From Candidatus Saccharimonadota bacterium (lineage in GTDB: Archaea; Nanohalarchaeota; Nanosalinia; Nanosalinales; Nanosalinaceae), in the NCBI GenBank assembly GCA_001761425.1, contig CP012986.1, positions 570,001 through 602,000 of the forward strand: a stretch of 32,000 bases of DNA. Direction: 5' to 3'. This document shows, one piece after another, positions 1-8,316 of this stretch. Under the pieces are notes generated by a model that saw only the letters and a list, made by a program, of their open reading frames with translations, did no database searches and was not told the origin of the DNA. Within the stretch, counting starts at the first letter, position 1. Each line of letters begins with the position of its first letter. The position numbers and the translations under genes are program-made.

Positions 1-369
1 GAAGCGAAGAGAAGAATCCTGCTTGGAACATATACTAGAATGGCAGGTTACAGGGACCAGTACTACATCAAAGCAGCTGAGGTTAGACAGAAGATAATCA
101 ACCAGTACAAAGAGGCCTTTGAAGAATTTGATGTCCTTCTGTCACCTTCTATGCCGAATATTGCGCCGAAGATTGAAGAGGCCGAGAGCATGGATCCTGC
201 CGAGATTTATGCGATGGATACTTTGACGGTAGGGCCTAACCTTGCTGGTTTACCGATGATCTCCGTTCCTAACGGGAAAAGCGAGGGTATGCCTACAGGC
301 CTTCATATTGTCGGCGACCATTTTGAAGAAAAAAAGATCCTGGATGTTGCTTACAGTTACAGGCGGTGA
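1..369 (+). CDS. gatA: Glu/Asp-tRNA amidotransferase subunit A (GatA), C-terminal part; 5' end lies outside the window
   Basis: The frame is open from nt 1 (EAKRRILLGTYTRMAGYRDQYY...). The C-terminal amidase-signature-family tail is ...LAGLPMISVPNG...GLHIVGDHFEEKKILDVAYSY, with stop TGA at 367-369. gatB lies 1.2 kb downstream. Confidence 0.8.
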   Translation, partial: EAKRRILLGTYTRMAGYRDQYYIKAAEVRQKIINQYKEAFEEFDVLLSPSMPNIAPKIEEAESMDPAEIYAMDTLTVGPNLAGLPMISVPNGKSEGMPTGLHIVGDHFEEKKILDVAYSYRR

Positions 370-1591
370 TTTATTTTTGGCAGAAGGAGAAGAAATAAAA
401 CAACAGGTTGTAGGGAACGTACCTTTCGGTCAGATCAATTCTATACTTGAAGGCAAGCTTGAGAGAGACGGCGAGAGAAGAAAAGCTGTCGAAGAGGTCG
501 AGGAAAACAGCAACCGGGTTATCACCGGGGGCGGGAAGCGTTTCCGCGTCGCACTTCCATATATCATGGCACAGGGCCTTGACCTTGATTACAGCGATGA
601 AGAGCTGATTGAGGCCTTTATCCCGATAGAGATGGCTCACGGCCTTTCCCTGGTCATGGATGACATGATAGATGAGGATAAAAAGAGGAGAGGCATGAAG
701 ACTCCGCATGAGCGGTTGAAAGATCAGGGCTATACGGATAAGCAGGCGGAATCGCTTGTTACCCTCGACGTAATGCAGATACTTTCAAGGGCGGAGAGAG
801 CACCTCTTGAACTTGATTTCCTGTCCAGAGACCAGCAGGTGGAGATAACAGAAACTATAGGAGATGGGATAACCAGACTGACCCGTGGACAGGAGCTGGA
901 CGTGGCAGGAGAAAACTCCATGGACGAAAAATTCCAGGAAAGACTCTCATACAGGGGAGACGAATTCAGCTACGAAATGTTTTACCGTGACGTCGTAGAA
1001 GGCAAGACATCACCGCTCTTCGAGGCAGGGCCGAGAATACTTGAGATAATGTCGGGAAAAGAACTGGAAAATCTTCACGACTACACCAGGAACCTGGCAA
1101 AGGCCTTCCAGATCAGAGACGACATCCTGGATATATCAGGTGGAGAGGAAAAAGTCAGTGTCACGGAAAGGCCTGAAGAAAAGGGTATAGGTAAGGATCG
1201 TTACTCTGATATCAGTGAGGGGACTATGACCCTGCCTATAAACTATGCGTTCCAGCTGATGGATGATGAGGACTGGGGCCAGATGGAGGCCTATGTAAAG
1301 GAGCTTGTGGATTCTGAGAACTATCTTGCTTCTGTAGATGACTTTTTCAAAGTCTACGGCGACAGGAGAGAGTTCCTTGAGTCCGTTATGAAGAAGGATA
1401 GTCCTGAAACATACGAGCTTCAGATCGCAGGTAAAATCATAGAGACTACCGGGGCTCTGGAGAAGGCGAACCAGGAGGCCTTGGATTATGCGGAAAATGC
1501 GGTCGAGAACCTTGAGGAATCCGGCCTTGACGGCGAGTACGGAGAACTTCTTGAGGATATGGCTTACTTCGCAGCTACAAGATCAAAATAA
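344..1591 (+). CDS. trans-polyprenyl diphosphate synthase (GGPP synthase-like)
   Basis: Both aspartate-rich motifs are present: LVMDDMIDEDKKRRG (DDxxD, first) and FQIRDDILD (second). The start is uncertain: TTG 308 (62-nt overlap with gatA), ATG 344, or TTG 377. There is an insert between the second DDxxD motif and the conserved ...GTMTLP segment. Confidence 0.8.
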   Translation: MLLTVTGGDLFLAEGEEIKQQVVGNVPFGQINSILEGKLERDGERRKAVEEVEENSNRVITGGGKRFRVALPYIMAQGLDLDYSDEELIEAFIPIEMAHGLSLVMDDMIDEDKKRRGMKTPHERLKDQGYTDKQAESLVTLDVMQILSRAERAPLELDFLSRDQQVEITETIGDGITRLTRGQELDVAGENSMDEKFQERLSYRGDEFSYEMFYRDVVEGKTSPLFEAGPRILEIMSGKELENLHDYTRNLAKAFQIRDDILDISGGEEKVSVTERPEEKGIGKDRYSDISEGTMTLPINYAFQLMDDEDWGQMEAYVKELVDSENYLASVDDFFKVYGDRREFLESVMKKDSPETYELQIAGKIIETTGALEKANQEALDYAENAVENLEESGLDGEYGELLEDMAYFAATRSK

Positions 1592-1617
1592 AAAGAATGA
1601 CTTAACCAAAAGATACT

Positions 1618-3024
1618 ATGACAAACGTAAAAATAGGCCTTGAGACACACGTACAACTTGATACAGAGACAAAACTTTTCTGCGGATGTCCAAATGAGGA
1701 AACAGAGGAACCGAACACGCATGTATGTGAGACCTGTCTGGGACACCCTGGTTCAAAGCCGAGGCTGAACAGGAAAGTCCTTGAATACGCAGTAAAGACC
1801 TCTCAGGCCTTACAGTGTGATATCAACGAAGATATTTTTTTCTCAAGGAAAACGTACTTTTATCCTGACATGTCCAAGAATTTCCAGATAACACAGTACG
1901 AGGTTCCGGTCGGAGAGGACGGAAGTATCGAGGTCAAGACCGGTGACGAGAAAAGAGAAATCGGTATCAACCGTCTACATATCGAGGAGGATCCGGCGAA
2001 GATGAAACACGAAGGCGGAAGCATTTCCAGCTCCGACTATACCAGGGTAGATTACAACAGAGCAGGCACACCGCTGCTTGAGATCGTGACAGCACCGGAC
2101 TTTGAATCGCCGAAGCAAGCACGGAGTTATCTCCAGCAACTGGCCCAGATGCTGGAATACCTCAAAATCTATCACCCGGAATCAGAGTTCTCCATCAAGT
2201 CAGATGCGAACATCTCGATCGACGGAGGCCAGAGAGTAGAAGTCAAAAACATTACAGGAACCGCAGGGATAGAAAAGGCCTTATCCTATGAGATCACGAG
2301 GCAGAAACAGTTGAAAAAACGTGGCAGGGAAATCACACAGCAGACCAGAAACTATAATGCGGGCCAGGAAATCACAGAAAAGATGAGGGAAAAAGAAGAG
2401 GAGAAAGACTACGGCTACATCTTTGACCCAGACCTGACCAGACAGGAACTCGACAAAGAGTTCAGGGAAAAGCTCAGAGGACAGATCCCGGAGCTTCCAT
2501 ACGAGAAATTCGACCGCTTCCTCGGTGAGTACGGCCTTGCGGAGAAACAGGTCGAGTCCCTGGTAAGAGACCAGCAGATGGCAGATGACTTCGAAAAACT
2601 CGCAGATAAACACGATACAGAAGTTACAGCGTCCTTCATGACAGGAGACCTGAGAAAAGTACTGAACTACAACGATAAAGAGTACAGGGGAGGCCTCAAA
2701 GTTGAATGGATCTCTTACCTTGTAGGCCTTCTTGAAGATGAGGAGATATCCGACAGGAACGCTGAAAAAGTTCTTAGAGAGATAGTCGAAGATCCTCAGA
2801 GCCCTGAACAGATAGTTGAAGATCAGGATCTGAAGAAAGCGGAAGAGTCAGAAGTAGACAGGTTTATCGACGAAGCTATTGATGACAATCCTGATGCGGT
2901 CGAAGACTACAGTTCAGGTGATGAAGGAGCGGTTAACTTCCTGGTAGGCCAGGTCATGAACCTTTCACAGGGCAAGGCCGATCCGAAAACCGCAAGGGAA
3001 AAAATCATAGAAAAACTTGGTTGA
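1618..3024 (+). CDS. gatB: Glu/Asp-tRNA amidotransferase subunit B (GatB)
   Basis: The N-terminus KIGLETHVQLDTETKLFCGCPN is the canonical GatB/GatE cradle start. The C-terminal YqeY-like tail is DDNPDAVEDYSSGDEGAVNFLVGQVMNLSQGKADPK. Confidence 0.9.
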   Translation: MTNVKIGLETHVQLDTETKLFCGCPNEETEEPNTHVCETCLGHPGSKPRLNRKVLEYAVKTSQALQCDINEDIFFSRKTYFYPDMSKNFQITQYEVPVGEDGSIEVKTGDEKREIGINRLHIEEDPAKMKHEGGSISSSDYTRVDYNRAGTPLLEIVTAPDFESPKQARSYLQQLAQMLEYLKIYHPESEFSIKSDANISIDGGQRVEVKNITGTAGIEKALSYEITRQKQLKKRGREITQQTRNYNAGQEITEKMREKEEEKDYGYIFDPDLTRQELDKEFREKLRGQIPELPYEKFDRFLGEYGLAEKQVESLVRDQQMADDFEKLADKHDTEVTASFMTGDLRKVLNYNDKEYRGGLKVEWISYLVGLLEDEEISDRNAEKVLREIVEDPQSPEQIVEDQDLKKAEESEVDRFIDEAIDDNPDAVEDYSSGDEGAVNFLVGQVMNLSQGKADPKTAREKIIEKLG

Positions 3025-3030
3025 ACGGCT

Positions 3031-3375
3031 TTGAAATTCACTGAAGGAGACTCCTACTTCGTAGATGAAAACACAGCGATAACAGATCTCTTTCAAGCCC
3101 CAGAAGACGCGAATTTCGACTCCGCCATCTCCGAAATCAAAGGCTACCACCCGGAAGACGAGGAGAGAAAGAAAATATTTAACGAGAGAAGCCAGAAAGC
3201 CTACTACATTCTCCACGGAAAAGGAAAAGTCTATGCCGGCAAAAAACTCCATGAAGTCGAGGAAGGCGAGTTCGTTTACGTACCTGAGAAGACTCCTCAC
3301 GCGCTTGAAGGCATGTTCAAGGCCTTGATAATAACTTCTCCACCTTTCAATCCTGAAGACGAGGAACTGAGGTGA
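3031..3375 (+). CDS. cupin-fold protein
   Basis: TTG start. The segment GKGKVYAGKKLHEVEEGEFVYVPEKTPHALEG resembles the two-motif cupin_2 barrel. The protein is small (114 aa) and acidic. Confidence 0.55.
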   Translation: MKFTEGDSYFVDENTAITDLFQAPEDANFDSAISEIKGYHPEDEERKKIFNERSQKAYYILHGKGKVYAGKKLHEVEEGEFVYVPEKTPHALEGMFKALIITSPPFNPEDEELR

Positions 3376-3382
3376 AATTTTT

Positions 3383-4279
3383 TTGAAAGCAGACGATTTT
3401 CTACAGGAAAAAGGCCTTGAATTTGAACTAATGGAACAGGAAAATCCTACACTGGACTGTGATGATGCGGCCAGAGAAAGAGGCCTTGAGACAGATCAGA
3501 TCGTCAAGAGTCTGATAATCGAATCGGGGGAAGAAGATTTTCACTGCCTGGTTCCCGGCGACAGAAAGCTTTCCGAGAAAAAATTTGGCCAAGAGTACAG
3601 GATGGCAGATCCTGAAAAATCAGAGGAGATAACCAGTCAGGAATCAGGTACAGTACATCCTTTCGCCTCAGAACTCAAGCATTTCGTGGATGAAAGAATA
3701 CTCGAGAAAGACAGAATCTCTTTTACACGCGGAGACAGGCTTCACGGCGTGATAATCAGACCAGAAGAGTTCAGAAAAGGCCTTAAACTCGCAGACTTTG
3801 ACTGGAAGCGTAAAGACCTGGTAAACGTCACTGAAGAAGAAATAGAAAAGCTGGAGACCGAAGGCCTTTCTGAAGAAGATGCAAAGTTTATCGCCCGGAA
3901 CGCTTTCAGCGAGTTCAAAGCCTTGAACCTGAGTTTTGATGCTGAAAGAATTGGCACAGCCTTGAGAAAGGTTCTCCGTGAAATGGATACTTTTGACGTA
4001 GAAGATGTTTCTGAAATCCTGGAACGAGCGGAGAATGAGACCCATATGCAGCGTCTTTCAAAGGCCCTGGCCGAAGAAGGAGAGCTTCCTAAAGAAAGTG
4101 GTTTCGATCTTGAACAGGTCGTAAAACAGGTTCTGGATGAGAATCCTGATGCAGTAGAAGACTTCGAATCTGGCAGAGACTCTGCCATCAATTTTTTGCT
4201 GGGCCAGGTCATGTCGGAGACAAACGGTAAAGCCGAGGCCTCAAAAGCCGAGGAATTTTTGAGACAACGTCTTGGATGA
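3383..4279 (+). CDS. fusion protein: YbaK/ProX-like aminoacyl-tRNA deacylase domain plus GatB-type helical/YqeY tRNA-binding tail
   Basis: The N-terminal ~135 aa (FLQEKGLEFELMEQ...DQIVKSLIIESGEEDFHCLVPGDRKLSEKKF...GTVHPF...ISFTRGDRLHGVIIRPEEF) has a YbaK/EbsC-like pattern. The C-terminus DENPDAVEDFESGRDSAINFLLGQVMSETNGKAEASK is a clear paralog of the GatB tail at 2880-3020. TTG start. Confidence 0.65.
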   Translation: MKADDFLQEKGLEFELMEQENPTLDCDDAARERGLETDQIVKSLIIESGEEDFHCLVPGDRKLSEKKFGQEYRMADPEKSEEITSQESGTVHPFASELKHFVDERILEKDRISFTRGDRLHGVIIRPEEFRKGLKLADFDWKRKDLVNVTEEEIEKLETEGLSEEDAKFIARNAFSEFKALNLSFDAERIGTALRKVLREMDTFDVEDVSEILERAENETHMQRLSKALAEEGELPKESGFDLEQVVKQVLDENPDAVEDFESGRDSAINFLLGQVMSETNGKAEASKAEEFLRQRLG

Positions 4280-4349
4280 AAGATTAGTTTAGGGAAGAAG
4301 TTCATCAAACGCCGTTAGAAACTTGAAGCAGTAGTACAGAATTTTCTCT

Positions 4350-5048
4350 ATGGATCTTGAAGGTTTGGTACAGGAAGAAGTCTCTGTCCTCAGATCGAAG
4401 GATTTTGTCGAAGCAGTGGCTGTCGTAGGGAGCTATGCCCGTGATCCAGAAGCCGAACACACGGATATAGATTTTTTCATAATTGTAGATGAGGACTGGA
4501 GGAAGAGAGAAACGGAGAGAGTCGATGAGACAGTGGTTGAAAGGTTTTATAACTCTATGGACGGTGCTGAGGCCTACCTGGAAGGTGATGAATGGTGGAA
4601 GAATTTTCACTGGTTCAAAAATGCTGATGTAAGATACGATCCTGAAGGACTTTTCGATAAGCTTTTGGAGACCGCTGAGGAAAGAAAAAGTGAGGCCCTG
4701 GATCTTTCAGAGGAAGACAAGGATAAGATTCTCTACTCGATCTGGGATCGTTATCAGGACCTGGATTCAGATGATGTAGGAAGACAGAGGTTTCTGATGA
4801 ATGATTTCGTGGATTATCTGGTTCAGAAGAATTTTCTGTTGAAAGGAGAGGTTCCGGTTAAGAGGAATTACCGTCTGGAGAAACTGGAGAGCTTTGATGG
4901 TTACATGTATAAACTGGTTCAGGATTTCCTGATGAGTTCAAGTACTGTGGAGAAAAAGGATAAGCTGGATAAAATGGTGAGTTACATGACTCGAGGCCTT
5001 GGAAGGCCTGGTCCTGAATGGAGTACGGATAGAGAGGATTTTCCCTAG
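4350..5048 (+). CDS. nucleotidyltransferase-fold protein (KNTase/MNT-like) with helical C-terminal domain
   Basis: Polymerase-beta-type NTase motif GSYARDPEAEHTDIDFFIIVDED (G-S-x-n-D-x-D), followed by a ~130-aa helical region. Confidence 0.6.
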   Translation: MDLEGLVQEEVSVLRSKDFVEAVAVVGSYARDPEAEHTDIDFFIIVDEDWRKRETERVDETVVERFYNSMDGAEAYLEGDEWWKNFHWFKNADVRYDPEGLFDKLLETAEERKSEALDLSEEDKDKILYSIWDRYQDLDSDDVGRQRFLMNDFVDYLVQKNFLLKGEVPVKRNYRLEKLESFDGYMYKLVQDFLMSSSTVEKKDKLDKMVSYMTRGLGRPGPEWSTDREDFP

Positions 5049-5254
5049 TCAGAGCCGGAGTCCTTGACTTTGAATCCGATTTCCAGTTCTTCTTCGTTGG
5101 AGAATATTCTCAGGGGGACACTGCCTCCTACAGGCTGGAATACTTTCCAGTTGTTGCCGTCGATTGCCACAGAATCACCTTCTTCAAGCGATTCTGCGAT
5201 ATCTCTCAGAAAGGAAGCTGCATCCTCTCGCCTGAGTTGAAACTCCTTATCCAT
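5045..5254 (-). CDS. small acidic protein, possibly amphi-Trp-domain-like
   Basis: 69 aa, MDKEFQLRREDAASFLRDIAESLEEGDSVAIDGNNWKVFQP...EEELEIGFKV. Its composition matches the rest of the proteome. Its stop overlaps the stop of the convergent NTase gene within CTAG (5045-5048). The family call is weak. Confidence 0.4.
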   Translation of the reverse strand: MDKEFQLRREDAASFLRDIAESLEEGDSVAIDGNNWKVFQPVGGSVPLRIFSNEEELEIGFKVKDSGSD

Positions 5255-5316
5255 CTATTAATAACCTCACGAAAACGCCGTGGCCGTCTCCAGACCTCTG
5301 TAACCCGAAGCTACAG

Positions 5317-6600
5317 TCATGCAAACATCTCCTCTGGATGCCTGTTCTCACCTGAGAGGAAATCCTTCTCGACCCCTACGTTTCCTTCCTTCAGGTCCGT
5401 GATCGCCTCCTGGAAATCATTCATGGAAACCTCTGCCTCAGATACATCCTCGTATCTTTCCAGAGTGTTGACTGAGGCCTGTCTTACAATCTGCTTGATA
5501 TCTCTTCCTGTAAAGTCCTCATCAAGCTCTTTCGCCACAAGGCCTAGGTCGATATCGTCTTCAAGATCGATCCTTCTGGTATGTACTTTGAGGATCTCTT
5601 CCTTTGACTCAGCGTTCGGCACAGGTACTTCGATCGCTGAAGTCCTGTTCAGAAGTGCTGGATCCATGATATCCGGCGTGTTAGTTGCGAAAATCGATAT
5701 TACGCTTCCATCTTCGCTGTCAAGGCCGTCAAGTTCTGAAAGGAGCTGGGACATTGTCCTTTCAACTTCCTCCCCGCCATGTCTCCGGTCATCCAGTCTC
5801 TTCTTTGCGATAGCATCGATCTCGTCGATGAAAACTATGGCAGGATTGTCTGAGGACCGGGCCTGTTCATACAGACGCTTCACCTTTTTCGCTCCCTCTC
5901 CAATGAACTTTTCAACTAGCTGAGGTCCGTTGATCATGAACATGTCAGCGTCGTACTCGTTGCTTAGTGCTTTGACCAGGTGTGTCTTCCCTGTTCCCGG
6001 CTTTCCGATAAGCAGCATGCTTTTATCCATGTCCATCCCCCATTCCTCGATTTTCTTCTGCTTATCAGAATTTAGCTGCGCTCCGACGTTCGAGGAAAGA
6101 TTTGTGATGACATGATCGAGGCCTCCTACGTCCTGGAAAGTGACATCTGTCCGGATTGGTTCAAATTCTGCGTCACGACCTCTCTCTACAATATCTGTTA
6201 CTTTGAAACTGTTTGGATCCAGAGCTACTTCTGTTCCTGGCTGAAACTCTTTTGCGTCATATCCGTTCGGTACCTCGACTCCATAGCGGCCTTTCATGTT
6301 TCCACTGGCTTCTACCCAGATACGGTCTCCGTCGAATTCGGATACAACTACTCCTCTCAGAACAGGTGTCTTCAGGTTTGTTCCGTTAGGATTCTTATCC
6401 CCTCTGTTCTGCTGTTGCTGGAAGTACTGTGGGAACTGAACCTTCTGCTTTTTCTTGTCCTCTTTTCCTTCCTGTCGCTGTTCCTCCTTCTCTTGATTTT
6501 CTTTCTCTTCTACCTGTTCGGAAGTATTGTCATCAGTCATAGATCTCACCAACTTTTTCGCACGCTGAACTAACTCTCTCAGCCTGATCTCTAAACCCAT
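5317..6600 (-). CDS. pan: AAA+ ATPase, proteasome-activating-nucleotidase-like (coiled coil, OB fold, AAA module)
   Basis: Walker A is GKPGTGKT and Walker B is IVFIDEIDA. The N-terminus has a helical start, an E/K/Q-rich low-complexity stretch, then an OB-like segment (LRGVVVSEFDGDRIWVEASG...GTEVALDPNSFKVTDIV). It is divergent in the arginine-finger region (see findings). Confidence 0.7.
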   Translation of the reverse strand: MGLEIRLRELVQRAKKLVRSMTDDNTSEQVEEKENQEKEEQRQEGKEDKKKQKVQFPQYFQQQQNRGDKNPNGTNLKTPVLRGVVVSEFDGDRIWVEASGNMKGRYGVEVPNGYDAKEFQPGTEVALDPNSFKVTDIVERGRDAEFEPIRTDVTFQDVGGLDHVITNLSSNVGAQLNSDKQKKIEEWGMDMDKSMLLIGKPGTGKTHLVKALSNEYDADMFMINGPQLVEKFIGEGAKKVKRLYEQARSSDNPAIVFIDEIDAIAKKRLDDRRHGGEEVERTMSQLLSELDGLDSEDGSVISIFATNTPDIMDPALLNRTSAIEVPVPNAESKEEILKVHTRRIDLEDDIDLGLVAKELDEDFTGRDIKQIVRQASVNTLERYEDVSEAEVSMNDFQEAITDLKEGNVGVEKDFLSGENRHPEEMFA

Positions 6601-6628
6601 CTATACACCTTAAAATGCCGCTCTTATC

Positions 6629-6636
6629 TTTATAAA
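6629..6636 (-). promoter_or_regulatory. TATA-like box (TTTATAAA) about 30 nt upstream of the pan-like start codon
   Basis: A/T octamer at the spacing expected for an archaeal TATA box driving a leaderless or near-leaderless mRNA. Not validated. Confidence 0.35.
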
Positions 6637-6692
6637 TCGAACTTACTCACCGCCTCTAACCCGAAAAAACGTTTTCAGCGGAATCAACTATC

Positions 6693-6700
6693 TTTTAAGA
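6693..6700 (+). promoter_or_regulatory. TATA-like box (TTTTAAGA) upstream of pyruvate kinase
   Basis: Lies 23-30 nt upstream of ATG 6723. Confidence 0.3.
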
Positions 6701-6722
6701 ATTCACAGGAAACACCAAAGGC

Positions 6723-8129
6723 ATGAAAAACACAAAAATAGTCTCCACCATAGGACCCTCAACAGACACCAAAAAACAGATCGACAGATTAATCGACGCA
6801 GGAGTAGACGTAATCCGTCAAAACTTCTCCCATGTCAGCCACGAACAACACGAAAAAATATTTGACAGAATCAGGGAAACATCCGAAAAGACAGCAGTCA
6901 TGGCAGATACCAAAGGCCCTGAAATCCGGCTCAGAAAGGTAAAAGAAGGAACAGTGCTGGAACAAGGCCACAAAGTGAAAATAACTGTGGAAGACGTCGA
7001 AGGAGACGAAAACAAACTATCCGTCAACTACAAGGCCTTCCTCGACCACATAGAGTCCGGAGATGAAATCAGGATGGACGATGGTAAGATAGAGCTGGAG
7101 GTCGACAAAGTAGGCGAAACAGCGGAATGTACGGTAGTTTTCGGCGGAGAAGTAACAGACAAAAAAGCAGTTAACGTACCTGGAAAAGACATAGGCCTTT
7201 CGGCGCCGACAGAAAAAGATAGAGAAGATATAAAGTTCGCAGCGGACAAAGGATACGATTTTATCTCTCTAAGTTTCGTGAAAGAGGCCTCTGACGTCGA
7301 AGAAGTAAGAAAGATACTGGAGGAAAATAGTTCCAGCGCCCATATTATCTCAAAGATTGAACACCGGGAAGCTGTGGAAAACTTCGATGAGATACTTAAG
7401 GCCTCAGATGCTTTGATGGTCGCAAGAGGAGATCTCGGGGTAGAGTTGCCTGCTGCCAGGCTCCCCATGATGCAGAAAGAAATGATTGAGAAATGTAACA
7501 GAGCTGGCAAACCGGTAATCACTGCTACCCAGATGCTGGAGTCGATGACAGAAAATCCTACAGCGACGAGAGCCGAGATCTCTGACGTAGCGAACGCTGT
7601 TCTTGACGGATCGGATGCAGTGATGCTTTCAGGTGAGACAGCGATCGGAGACTACCCGGTCAAGACTGTAGAGTTCATGTCAGAGGTTATAGAGGAAACA
7701 GAGCAAACTCTGAAAGGTCATACCCACCATACTGTCAAGGAAAGGCCTGAATCCACACGTGATATCATCTGCAAAAACGTCTGGCAGGCAGCGAGAGACA
7801 ATGAGGCCGGATACATCGTCGCCCATACATCTTCAGGTTCTACAGCCAGAAATATCTCAAAGTACAGGCCTGAAAAACCTGTCATCGCCTTTGCAGACAG
7901 TGAACGTGTCGAGCGACAGCTCAAACTTGCCTGGGGCGTAAGGCCTTACTACGAGGAGTTCCCTGAGGATGTAGAAGGAATGCTTGAGGCCTCAGCTAGA
8001 AGGATGAAGTCTCTGAACCTGGCTGAGGATGATACAGAGCTTGTGATGTCTGCTGGAGTGCCGACCAGGGTTACAGGTACGACCAATATGCTTCAGATCA
8101 GGACGGTCAGCAGTATCCTGAATAACTAG
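6723..8129 (+). CDS. pyk: pyruvate kinase
   Basis: TKIVSTIGPS..., MADTKGPEIRL and MVARGDLGVELP motifs, at full length (468 aa). Confidence 0.9.
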   Translation: MKNTKIVSTIGPSTDTKKQIDRLIDAGVDVIRQNFSHVSHEQHEKIFDRIRETSEKTAVMADTKGPEIRLRKVKEGTVLEQGHKVKITVEDVEGDENKLSVNYKAFLDHIESGDEIRMDDGKIELEVDKVGETAECTVVFGGEVTDKKAVNVPGKDIGLSAPTEKDREDIKFAADKGYDFISLSFVKEASDVEEVRKILEENSSSAHIISKIEHREAVENFDEILKASDALMVARGDLGVELPAARLPMMQKEMIEKCNRAGKPVITATQMLESMTENPTATRAEISDVANAVLDGSDAVMLSGETAIGDYPVKTVEFMSEVIEETEQTLKGHTHHTVKERPESTRDIICKNVWQAARDNEAGYIVAHTSSGSTARNISKYRPEKPVIAFADSERVERQLKLAWGVRPYYEEFPEDVEGMLEASARRMKSLNLAEDDTELVMSAGVPTRVTGTTNMLQIRTVSSILNN

Positions 8130-8175
8130 GCTTTAACAGTAGAAATACGCTGTTAGATCCTCTAAACTTTTGGGA

Positions 8176-8250
8176 CGAACCCGCAGGGATTTGAACCCTG
8201 GGCCTAGCGGTCCGAAGCCGCTCGCTCTGTCCAGGCTGAGCTACGGGTCC
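8176..8250 (-). tRNA. tRNA-Arg (anticodon TCG)
   Basis: The reverse complement GGACCCGTAGCTCAGCCTGGACAGAGCGAGCGGCTTCGGACCGCTAGGCCCAGGGTTCAAATCCCTGCGGGTTCG folds by hand as a cloverleaf. It has a 7-bp acceptor stem, an AGCGG/CCGCT anticodon stem, loop CTTCGGA, and T-arm CAGGG-TTCAAAT-CCCTG. CCA is not encoded. Confidence 0.9.
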
Positions 8251-8316
8251 AGTCTAATATGTTTCAAAAGCTGAAAGGTTAAAAATCAGGTACGCAGATG
8301 GAGAGGGAAAAAGGCC

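Noticed and set aside
308-343. TTG 308 as the start of the polyprenyl synthase gene
   Set aside because: It would overlap gatA by 62 nt. ATG 344 or TTG 377 is more plausible. I kept this only as an alternative in the feature note.
5045-5048. Convergent genes sharing overlapping stop codons within the palindrome CTAG (also back-to-back stops at 14969-14974)
   Set aside because: This is real but a trivial consequence of genome compaction. There is no evidence of function.
5237-6573. Plus-strand ORFs 5237-5923, 5930-6115 and 6112-6573, opposite the PAN-like gene
   Set aside because: They are serine/leucine/cysteine-rich, non-acidic shadow ORFs antisense to a gene with clear AAA+ motifs. Their composition is unlike the rest of the proteome.
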